A DNA stretch of 20,417 bases from contig CAJWCD010000063.1 of the NCBI GenBank assembly GCA_913020725.1, positions 1 to 20,417 on the forward strand, written 5' to 3'. Positions 10,478 to 18,230 of this stretch are shown here, one piece after another (position 1 is the stretch's first letter; every line of letters begins with the position of its first letter). Under the pieces are notes generated by a model. It was not told the DNA's origin and searched no databases. It saw nothing but the letters and a program-made list of their open reading frames with translations. The position numbers were made by a program, and so were the translations under genes. Source of the DNA: an uncultured Pseudomonadota bacterium (GTDB lineage Bacteria; SAR324; NAC60-12).

Positions 10478-13021
10478 TCAGTGGCCACCACCACCACCTC
10501 CGCCACCTCCGCCACCTCCGCCGCCTCCACCGTGACCACCGTGACCACTTGAGGGCGTGAGCGTGGCCGCAGCGACGGCTACGCTGAGGGTGGCTCCAAA
10601 ATTGGCAATGAATGGATTAGGTGAAAGAGGGTCTGTCAAGTCAACCCCCTCCAGCCAATCCGGAGTGGAAGGCAAATTGTCAGCGGCGTCTTTCCATTTC
10701 TTCTCAATGCCCAAGGCAATCGTATAGGGTAACCATTCTTCTGAAGCCGAGCGTCTCACACGGGTTCCGGAAAACGATGGCACGGCCTTGGGTTGCTTTT
10801 GCAGCAGATGCTCCCGAAAGCCTTCCAACTGGTCCATCACCTTGCGCCCCTCAACCGTGTAGGGCTGGATCTTCCCGCAAAACCAGCGGTTCAGCAACCG
10901 TAGCACGAGCATGAAGACCAGCACCTCCGGACTGAGGAATTTCCAAACCAAGAAGAGCGTAACCCCGCTAAAAGCCAGAAAAATCAGGGTCACAATAACC
11001 TCACCAACATGGATTTTTGAGCGACTGGTCAGTTTGGAAACCCCATTGAAAAGCAACTCCATTCCCACAAACCCAAAGACAAGAGGCCCAAAGAATTCAG
11101 CAGACATCCCACCACCGTGCAGCCACCACACGGCTCCGGAAATGACAACCAGATAAAGCGCCATTGCCAGTAAGAAGAGCCGAAAATGATACTGGACATG
11201 GGACTCGTCCAACTCTGCCTGAAGCTGTTCCAAATGCTCGGAACTCACCTGTTTGAGGTGTTCCCGGTTGTCTTGGGAAAGCGTCACGGTGGACTCATGG
11301 TTGAAAAGCTGCTCGGATACGGCTTTCTCATCAGCAGACAACCCCTTGTCAGAGGCATCGTCCTGCTTGCGGACATTCCAGAGGTAATCCGCAGAATACG
11401 CAGTCTTGGGTCCAAGGCACTGGATTTTCAGAAACTCCTTGCTGGCGAGGCTGACCAAGGCACAAACCAAGGTGAGGTCGTCATATCCCTTGTTGGCGAG
11501 GTAGTGCGCGGCGGCGGGAGAAATCCCATCCGGAGGGGTGGTTCTTGATCGGGGCAAGCCTCTGGGAGGCTCACGCAACCAGAATAGCCAAACCAGCGAA
11601 TAGAACGCCGCCACACTGCTTGCCACCCCGGCGAGGATCAGCGCATTGGTCTGCCGATCAAATGTGGGTAACTTAGGGGGTGAGGTATCGGGCAACCAGT
11701 TATCCAGAAAACCAAAATCCGGCCACCAATTCGGAAGTTCCACAGAAGCCCACCAGTCCTGCCAATGGTGATCCGCCGAGGCCAGCCAACCCCGCCAACC
11801 CCGCTCCACATAGCCCGGCGCCCACTTCACAAAGATTTGGAAGCTCGTGTTGGCGAAGGTCGGAGCCGCGATTTCAAAGAACAGCGGAGATTCCTCGGCG
11901 GCGGAGTCCGAAGCCTGCACTTCCTCCGTTTTGGCGTAGCGCAAGTTGTCGAAACGGATCTCGGTTGCGCTTTCGCCGTTGGAGTGAACCACGAAACCGA
12001 CCCTGCGGCTACGGAAGTGGGGCGACTCCTCGATACTTTCCAGCAACTCGCCATTGACCCAAAAGCTGAGGTTCTCTTCACGCTGCTCGATCTTCAAGTG
12101 GTTCTCTTGATTCCCCGTGTGAATGTGTGGAGAGAACGCCCACTTCCCGGCTTGGTTCTGGAAAACCGAGTTCTCCAGCCCTTTGAGGATGGCATAGTTG
12201 CCCTTGCCGCTGATGAGAAACCGGATGGAATTTTCCTTGTTTCCGCCCAAACGCAGTCCGTATCCCCAACCCTCACCCCCGCTGATTTTTTCGGTTTCTG
12301 CCGACAGTTCGCAGGCTTCGCATGAACCCGTGGGCTGGGTGGCGAAATACGTTTTGTAGCCGGAGTTCTCATAAAACTTGATGACGTACTTGTCGTTGTA
12401 AATCCCGACTCTGGCCTGCTCACTGTTTTCCTGCCACCAGCGGTTTGAAGGGATCGCAAAGGTTTCGTTGAGTGCAGGGAATGACTTCGACCGTTGATAC
12501 CAATAAGGTCTAATGGTCCTCCTGTTGTCTCCGGAGTCGAGCAGGTGTAGTTCCGCGTCGGGCGGAACCACCACCCGTGCCGTGATCCGGTCAATCAGAA
12601 ACGGCCAGCGTCCCGTCACGTCCCACTGCAACTCGTCGGCATCTTCGCTGAACAACAAGTGGTTGTCCACTTGGTAGCGCAGAGTGTAGGTGTATTTTCC
12701 GGGAGTGAGGAAGGGTGGGCCTTCCCCGATGTAGATGCGGTTGTCTTCGATGCGATAGGGTTCCTCAACCCCGTCACGCAACACCTCAAGAACCTCAAAA
12801 TCAATATCGGAATGCAACTCACGGTAGATGCCCCGCTTGATGCGGACTTGGCGGGCAACCACAGTGATTGTTTCGGTCACAGTCAGGGAGGCGTTTTCTT
12901 GCACCTCGATCACGCTGTCGAAGGCAAGGATGCGCTCCCCATGGGGCAATTCCTCTGCTTGGACGAAACCCGCAATCATCATTCCCAAGACGAGAATGAT
13001 TCTGATTGCCGTGTGTTGCAT
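10478..13021 (-). CDS. DUF2207 (YciQ-like) membrane protein with an inserted ConA/DUF1080-like beta-sandwich domain and a Gly-rich tail
   Basis: ATG at 13021 with a GGGAGG RBS and a signal peptide. DUF2207 motifs ERI..FD..I.V, VTETI, KRGIYR, ELQWDVTG.W, PPDGISPA, T..GRK..GF, LPY.IALG, poly-Gly C-terminus. Confidence 0.88.
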   Translation of the reverse strand: MQHTAIRIILVLGMMIAGFVQAEELPHGERILAFDSVIEVQENASLTVTETITVVARQVRIKRGIYRELHSDIDFEVLEVLRDGVEEPYRIEDNRIYIGEGPPFLTPGKYTYTLRYQVDNHLLFSEDADELQWDVTGRWPFLIDRITARVVVPPDAELHLLDSGDNRRTIRPYWYQRSKSFPALNETFAIPSNRWWQENSEQARVGIYNDKYVIKFYENSGYKTYFATQPTGSCEACELSAETEKISGGEGWGYGLRLGGNKENSIRFLISGKGNYAILKGLENSVFQNQAGKWAFSPHIHTGNQENHLKIEQREENLSFWVNGELLESIEESPHFRSRRVGFVVHSNGESATEIRFDNLRYAKTEEVQASDSAAEESPLFFEIAAPTFANTSFQIFVKWAPGYVERGWRGWLASADHHWQDWWASVELPNWWPDFGFLDNWLPDTSPPKLPTFDRQTNALILAGVASSVAAFYSLVWLFWLREPPRGLPRSRTTPPDGISPAAAHYLANKGYDDLTLVCALVSLASKEFLKIQCLGPKTAYSADYLWNVRKQDDASDKGLSADEKAVSEQLFNHESTVTLSQDNREHLKQVSSEHLEQLQAELDESHVQYHFRLFLLAMALYLVVISGAVWWLHGGGMSAEFFGPLVFGFVGMELLFNGVSKLTSRSKIHVGEVIVTLIFLAFSGVTLFLVWKFLSPEVLVFMLVLRLLNRWFCGKIQPYTVEGRKVMDQLEGFREHLLQKQPKAVPSFSGTRVRRSASEEWLPYTIALGIEKKWKDAADNLPSTPDWLEGVDLTDPLSPNPFIANFGATLSVAVAAATLTPSSGHGGHGGGGGGGGGGGGGGGGH
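10481..10546 (-). repeat. Low-complexity Gly/His-codon tandem repeat (9-bp units such as CCGCCACCT and CCGTGACCA)
   Basis: Encodes GHGGHG..poly-G..H at the DUF2207 C-terminus. Confidence 0.7.
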
Positions 13022-13124
13022 CGCCCTCCCGTGTCGTTTGGATTGGCTACTGATTGTTCCGCAAGCTACCACCCGGTTCGTGGGGAGTCAAGCCTTGGGC
13101 ATTCATGCTTTCCAGCAACCAGCG

Positions 13125-13162
13125 TGGGTTCCGGGTCTCCGCTACGCTCTGCCCGGAATGAC
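13125..13162. repeat. REP-like palindrome TGGGTTCCGGGTCTCCGCTACGCTCTGCCCGGAATGAC
   Basis: Stem TTCCGGG (13129-13135) / CCCGGAA (13152-13158), ending ATGAC like the 9567-9592 element. Confidence 0.65.
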
Positions 13163-13172
13163 AGAAGGAAGT

Positions 13173-13206
13173 TTGTCATTGACAACCAAAGCACTGCCGA
13201 TATTTT
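13173..13206 (+). promoter_or_regulatory. Sigma70-like promoter overlapped by the palindromic operator TTGTCA-T-TGACAA
   Basis: Perfect inverted repeat at 13173-13185 containing TTGACA (13179-13184), then 16 nt, then TATTTT (13201-13206); about 110 nt upstream of the flavoprotein start. Confidence 0.55.
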
Positions 13207-13314
13207 AAGCCTAAAATCTTCTTGCCTTTCCAGAGGCCGAGGTCTAGGATGACTCAGCATTTTCCCACAGGTCTGAGACGGCCCTTTTCGATACGGTGAT
13301 GCTTGGAGATTTTC

Positions 13315-14583
13315 ATGCCGGACCCCAACCTTCTTTCCGAATCATCGGGCGATGCCCCCATTTTTGACCCGGAATCGTGGCAATTGACTCCGGAACAGGT
13401 CCAACTCACCGCACAGGCCCGCGAGTTGGGACAGTCGAAGTTTGCCGGACGGGCCGAACTTTGGGACCGTGAGGCGATTTTCCCCACCGAGAATTACCAC
13501 GATCTTGACGCCGCCGGATTCCTTGGGCTGTGCATTCCGAAATCCGAGGGCGGGATTGGCGCAGACCTCAAGACCTATGCGTTGGTTGCCGCCGAAATAG
13601 GACGCTACTGCGGGGCGACCGCGCTGACCTTTAACATGCACATCAGCTCCACGCTCTGGAGCGGTGACCTGACCAACGATCTCGATCTCACAGACGCGGA
13701 ACGCGAAAGCCACCACCAGCACCGCGCCCTGCACTACGACCGCATCCTCAACCAAGGGAAAATCTACTCGCAACCCTTCTCCGAAGGCAACGCCGCCGCC
13801 GCTGGGAAAATGCCCTTTGGCACCTCGGCCCGCAGGATGGACGGCGGCTGGCTCATCAACGGCAAAAAGGTCTTCGCGTCACTCTCCGGACACGCCCACT
13901 ACTACGGCGTGCTTGCCACCGAGGACAAGGCCGAGGCCAGTGTACGGGACACGCTTTACCTTGCGGTGCCTGCTGATGTCGAGGGGGTCTCCGTCGTGGG
14001 TGACTGGGATCCGCTGGGAATGCGCGGCACGGTTTCGCGCACCTTGATTTTCGAGGACGTCTTCATTCTGCAGGAGGCGCAGTTGATGCCTCCCGGAATC
14101 TACCACCAAGCCGCCGTGCGCTGGCCGCACATGTTCACCACGCTGACGCCGACCTACCTGGGAATCATGCAGGGCGCGTTTGATTTCATGGTCAAGTACC
14201 TGCGCGGAGAGGTTCCGGAAGCCCCACCGATCAAACGACGGATGCACGGGGTCAAACAGGTTGCGGTTGCGCAAATGCGGATCATGCTGGAGCAGTCCAA
14301 GTCGCTCTGGTTCCAGACGATGAGCGAGGCGCAGGTGGACCCCAGCAAGGAGTCACGCTTGCGGGCCTACGCGACGCAGTACACTGTGATGGAAAACGCG
14401 AACGAGATGTGCCAGTTGGCCATCCGCACCTGCGGGGGGCACTCCATGCTCAAATCGCTCCCGCTCGAACGCCTCTACCGCGACAGTCGCTGCGGGGCGC
14501 TCATGCTGCCGTGGACGGCGGAAATCTGCTTGGATCGGCTGGGGCGCGAAACGCTCTACGAAAAAGGCGAAACCGACGACTGA
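13315..14583 (+). CDS. Acyl-CoA dehydrogenase-fold flavoprotein (probably a flavin-dependent monooxygenase/hydroxylase type)
   Basis: GGAG RBS before ATG 13315. Motifs IPKSEGGIG, FSE, INGKKVFAS, WDPLGMRGTVS..L.F.DVF, CGG...LERLYRD. Confidence 0.88.
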   Translation: MPDPNLLSESSGDAPIFDPESWQLTPEQVQLTAQARELGQSKFAGRAELWDREAIFPTENYHDLDAAGFLGLCIPKSEGGIGADLKTYALVAAEIGRYCGATALTFNMHISSTLWSGDLTNDLDLTDAERESHHQHRALHYDRILNQGKIYSQPFSEGNAAAAGKMPFGTSARRMDGGWLINGKKVFASLSGHAHYYGVLATEDKAEASVRDTLYLAVPADVEGVSVVGDWDPLGMRGTVSRTLIFEDVFILQEAQLMPPGIYHQAAVRWPHMFTTLTPTYLGIMQGAFDFMVKYLRGEVPEAPPIKRRMHGVKQVAVAQMRIMLEQSKSLWFQTMSEAQVDPSKESRLRAYATQYTVMENANEMCQLAIRTCGGHSMLKSLPLERLYRDSRCGALMLPWTAEICLDRLGRETLYEKGETDD

Positions 14584-14586
14584 GAC

Positions 14587-15633
14587 ATGCTGCAAGATCG
14601 CATTGAAGGAAAGTGGATTGACGTCTTTATAGAGGTGTTTCGCAACTGCGGAGTCGGCGAAGGCGACGTGGTCGCGCTGCTGGCGGAAACACAATCTCGC
14701 CCGTTGAACGTCCACCTCGCGGAACTCGCGCTACACCAGTTGGGCACCCGCGTTTTCCGGATCACCATGCCCACGCCTCGGCAGACCGCGCCGGTTCCCG
14801 TGCGCTCCACGGGTGCGTCCGACGCGCTTCAGGGCATCGGTCCGGTCGTGCAAGCGCTCGCCTCCAGCACGCTCGTGGTGGACTGCACGGTGGAGGGGCT
14901 GCTACACGCCCCGGAACTTCCGGACATCCTCAAGGGCGGCGCGCGGATGTTGATGGTCAGCAACGAACACCCGGAGGCGCTGGAGCGCACCGTGCCGACC
15001 CCGGAACTTCAGGCGAAAGTGAAACTCGCCGCTAAACGCGCCAAGGCTGCGTCCGAAATGCGCGTCACCTCTGCCGCCGGAACCGACCTGACGATCAACC
15101 TCACGGACGCCCCGGTTTCTGGAGTCTGGGGCTTCACCGCTCGTCCCGGAACCGTCAGCCACTGGCCGGGCGGCTTGGTGGTGATCTTCCCCAAAGCGCA
15201 TTCTGTCAACGGCACGCTCGTGCTTGACGCAGGCGATGCGAATCTCACCTTCAAACGCTACCTCGAACGTCCGGTCACGCTACGGATCGAGGATGACTTT
15301 GTCGAGGCTATCGAAGGCGAAGGCACCGATGCGGAACTGATGCGCCGCTACTACGCCGCTTGGGGCGACCGTGAGGCGTATGCCGTCTCGCACGTCGGTT
15401 GGGGCATGAACCCCAACGCCCGTTACGAGAGCTTGGCGATGTACGACCAACGCGACTTCAACGGCACCGAACTGCGGGCCTTTGCGGGAAATTTTCTCTA
15501 CTCCACCGGCGCCAACGAGTTTGCCGGACGCCACACGCAGGGCCACTTCGACCTCCCCCTGCGCGGCTGCACAATCACTCTCGACGGCAAGGTGATCGTG
15601 CAAGATGGAGCGCTGCAAGGAGAGTTGACGTGA
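14587..15633 (+). CDS. NicX-like (2,5-dihydroxypyridine 5,6-dioxygenase / 'peptidase M29' fold) non-heme Fe(II) dioxygenase
   Basis: Colinear with P. putida NicX as I recall it: LLHAPE, HWPGG, GTLVLD.GD, FK.Y, SHVGWG, RAFAGNFLYSTG.NE, HFDLPLR.C (His/His/Asp metal ligands kept). Starts 3 nt after the flavoprotein stop. Confidence 0.85.
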   Translation: MLQDRIEGKWIDVFIEVFRNCGVGEGDVVALLAETQSRPLNVHLAELALHQLGTRVFRITMPTPRQTAPVPVRSTGASDALQGIGPVVQALASSTLVVDCTVEGLLHAPELPDILKGGARMLMVSNEHPEALERTVPTPELQAKVKLAAKRAKAASEMRVTSAAGTDLTINLTDAPVSGVWGFTARPGTVSHWPGGLVVIFPKAHSVNGTLVLDAGDANLTFKRYLERPVTLRIEDDFVEAIEGEGTDAELMRRYYAAWGDREAYAVSHVGWGMNPNARYESLAMYDQRDFNGTELRAFAGNFLYSTGANEFAGRHTQGHFDLPLRGCTITLDGKVIVQDGALQGELT

Positions 15634-15684
15634 GCCACATGAATCTTGGATAAGCGAAAAACTCTACCACCGCTTATGCAAAAT

Positions 15685-17094
15685 TCAATGAGTGCGTACT
15701 ACCGATTGGGAAAATTGTTCAATCCAGTCGTGACGGATTTTCCCTTTTGGAGAGAAAAGCTTCCCATCATTCCCGGAAATGTAAATTTCTTCCAAACCAA
15801 CTCCGGCCATTTGCGCGCATCCGATGGCGGTCAATTCAGGAAGATTGGTCACTCGGATTTTTCGTCCCAGAACATCGGCTAGAAATTGGCAGATGTAGTC
15901 ATTGTTGGACAAGCCGCCGTCAATTGTAAGTTCTTCGCCAATTGAAACACATTTATCCATTGCCAGAATTACTTCGGTAATGCATAGGGCCACGCCCTCC
16001 AAAATAGCCTGAACCATGTCCAACGGTTTGGTATCTAGCGAGAGTCCTTCAAAACTAGCCCGTGCATCGCGTCGCCAGTGGGGGCAGGCCAGTCCGGAAA
16101 GTGCCGGAATAAAAATCAAACCTTGTTCAATGGCCGGAGGTTTTTCAAACGAGTCGATTTCGTGGTATTCGGAAAAAAGCCCCAACGATCGCGCCCAATT
16201 CACCGCCGAAGCCGCATTATAAACTCCGCCGTCCAAAGCAAAAACCGGAGCTTCATTTTCCAAACACCATGCCACTGTCGGCAACAACCCATGCGGATTA
16301 TTCATTTCTGGAGCATCTCCGCTGATGGCCAGCGCAAACGCACCCGTACCGAGCGTTACTTTCGCGTCGCCCGGCTCGCGGCAACCATGACCGTAAAGCG
16401 CCGCCTGCTGATCAACCACGCTGGCACGAAGCGGTATCTTGCGGCCTTTCACTTTCACCTCGCCAAACTCGGATTGAGTCGCCAGAATCTGCGGCAACGC
16501 TTCGATTGGGACGCCGAACAATTCACAAAGCTCAGGATCCCACTCCAGTGTTTGCAAATTCATCAACGAGGTTCGCGAAGCGGTCGTCACATCTGTCACG
16601 CACCTACCAACCAGATGTTGCAGAAAAAAAGCATCCGTGGTTCCAAGTGCTAAACGTTTTTCCCGAAAAAGTTTTTTTGCAGCGGAAATATTTTCCAAAA
16701 TCCACGCCAACTTAGAAGCAGAAAAATATGGGTCTAAGGGAAGTCCGGACAAGGTTTTCACACGTTCTTCGTGGCCTTCTGTTTTCAGTTTTTCCGTTAC
16801 ATCTGTAGTGCGATTGTCCTGCCAGACGATGACTGGGCTGATCGGTGCGCCGGTTTTGCGATCCCAAGCCAAACAACTTTCGCCCTGATTATCAATTCCC
16901 AGTGCATCAACACTTTCCAGCGCAGTGGCGCAAGCCAGTACATTTTTCAGTAATTCCTGCGGATCGTGTTCTACCCAACCTGAATGTGGATAAACCTGCT
17001 GATGCGTGAACGTGGCACCAACTTCGGCTTTTCCGCCGCACAATATTAAAGCACGGGAACTGGTTGTTCCTTGATCGATCGCGCCAAGTTTCAT
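15685..17094 (-). CDS. glpK: FGGY-family carbohydrate kinase, glycerol kinase-like
   Basis: AIDQGTTSSR, WVEHDP, VWQD.RT, DPYFSASKL.W, TD.T.ASRT.LMN, DQQAALYG, K.T.GTG.F, SGL..PHW, DGG. Likely start ATG 17094. The symbol is family-level only, because substrate-site changes are present (see findings). Confidence 0.85.
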   Translation of the reverse strand: MKLGAIDQGTTSSRALILCGGKAEVGATFTHQQVYPHSGWVEHDPQELLKNVLACATALESVDALGIDNQGESCLAWDRKTGAPISPVIVWQDNRTTDVTEKLKTEGHEERVKTLSGLPLDPYFSASKLAWILENISAAKKLFREKRLALGTTDAFFLQHLVGRCVTDVTTASRTSLMNLQTLEWDPELCELFGVPIEALPQILATQSEFGEVKVKGRKIPLRASVVDQQAALYGHGCREPGDAKVTLGTGAFALAISGDAPEMNNPHGLLPTVAWCLENEAPVFALDGGVYNAASAVNWARSLGLFSEYHEIDSFEKPPAIEQGLIFIPALSGLACPHWRRDARASFEGLSLDTKPLDMVQAILEGVALCITEVILAMDKCVSIGEELTIDGGLSNNDYICQFLADVLGRKIRVTNLPELTAIGCAQMAGVGLEEIYISGNDGKLFSPKGKIRHDWIEQFSQSVVRTH

Positions 17095-17146
17095 TTTTAA
17101 GCTTATCAATGAATTAGATTTGTCCTCAAATAACAGAAAATCAGAA

Positions 17147-17173
17147 CCTCCTCCTTTTTCTCAAAGGGGGAAG
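17147..17173. repeat. Partial CCCCCTTT..AAAGGGGG palindromic element (may act as an intercistronic hairpin)
   Basis: CCTCCTCCTTTTTCTCAAAGGGGGAAG, related to the 8414-8472 element. Confidence 0.5.
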
Positions 17174-17201
17174 TTTGTCGGGTGATAAATCTATTGGATG
17201 A

Positions 17202-18230
17202 TTACGGAAGACTTCCACTTAAATCTTTGGCGATGTTTTTTGCTGTGGTTCGACCTTGACTCCAGCACTGACCTGCATCGTCCACCGGATTTGGAAAATT
17301 TTCGGCAGTATAAAAAATTGGAACTTTTGCTTGATTGCGAGAAGCTTGCACAACATTCCCCGCTGCATAATAGGTCGGATCAGAACAGCGTCCAAACTCA
17401 TCAACTACCGGACTGTTTGTTTCCGGATCAAACTCAAGATGACTGACTCGCACCAAGCTGGATTCCGGAGTGTATTGCCCTGTGAACAAAACGCCATCAC
17501 AAACAATTTCACGAACCTTTCCGTTTTCATCAGAAATTTGAACCGCCTCCACACGCTCGTTTCCTAAAATATTGACGATTCCTGTTTGCAATAATAACGG
17601 CACACCAAACCAGCGTGTCAGTTCATAAATCGGCCAACGCACATGCGGACGCCGTTTTTCTTCCAACATCGCAACGGGCTTAATGCCCGCATTCCGGCAA
17701 GTGAGAAGTGCGGAAAAACTCACAATTTCAGTGCCAATCACGACCGGACGGCGGAACGGAATCTGGTTTTTCAGATAAACCATCGACTGGAGTGCCCCGG
17801 TGGTGCAAATACCCAAAGCTCGGCTTCCGGAAACCATGCGGGCCGAGCGGGGAGTTTCCCGGGTTCCTGTGGCGAGCAGAATACGTTTTGCGATCAATAC
17901 CTTTGCGCCTTCAGGTGAGACGATGCTGAGTTTTCCCCCAGTTCCTAGCATTGTCACCGTGGTTTTAAGTGCGATGTTTACTCCGGCATTTTGTGCTGTT
18001 TCCACATTTTTTTTTGCATACTTCGGACCGGTCAACACTCGTTGAAATTCGCGGATTCCAAAAGGAGGATGTCCACAATGTCGCGGGATGCCACCGGCTT
18101 CAGACTCGCGCTCCAAGACGACGACCTGCTGAATCCCTGATTGCTTCAACAGGGTTGCCGCCGCAAGTCCGGACGGTCCGGAACCGATAATTGCGACATC
18201 ACAATTTTCGATTTTTTCCGTATCAGTCAT
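17202..18230 (-). CDS. NAD(P)/FAD-dependent oxidoreductase (thioredoxin-reductase-like fold; partner subunit of the GlpA-like enzyme)
   Basis: IIGSGPSGLAAA, ERE..AGGIPRHC.H..FG, LTGP.Y, LATG.RE, AAGN; overlaps the upstream gene's stop by 8 nt. Confidence 0.88.
   Translation of the reverse strand: MTDTEKIENCDVAIIGSGPSGLAAATLLKQSGIQQVVVLERESEAGGIPRHCGHPPFGIREFQRVLTGPKYAKKNVETAQNAGVNIALKTTVTMLGTGGKLSIVSPEGAKVLIAKRILLATGTRETPRSARMVSGSRALGICTTGALQSMVYLKNQIPFRRPVVIGTEIVSFSALLTCRNAGIKPVAMLEEKRRPHVRWPIYELTRWFGVPLLLQTGIVNILGNERVEAVQISDENGKVREIVCDGVLFTGQYTPESSLVRVSHLEFDPETNSPVVDEFGRCSDPTYYAAGNVVQASRNQAKVPIFYTAENFPNPVDDAGQCWSQGRTTAKNIAKDLSGSLP

Noticed and set aside
13022..13072. ORF-track start of the DUF2207 gene at 13072
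   Set aside because: ATG 13021 has a GGGAGG RBS and directly begins a signal peptide.
14587..15633. Leucyl aminopeptidase (M29) or a firm nicX assignment
   Set aside because: The motifs follow NicX rather than peptidases, but apparent pocket substitutions and the absence of other nic genes prevent a firm symbol.
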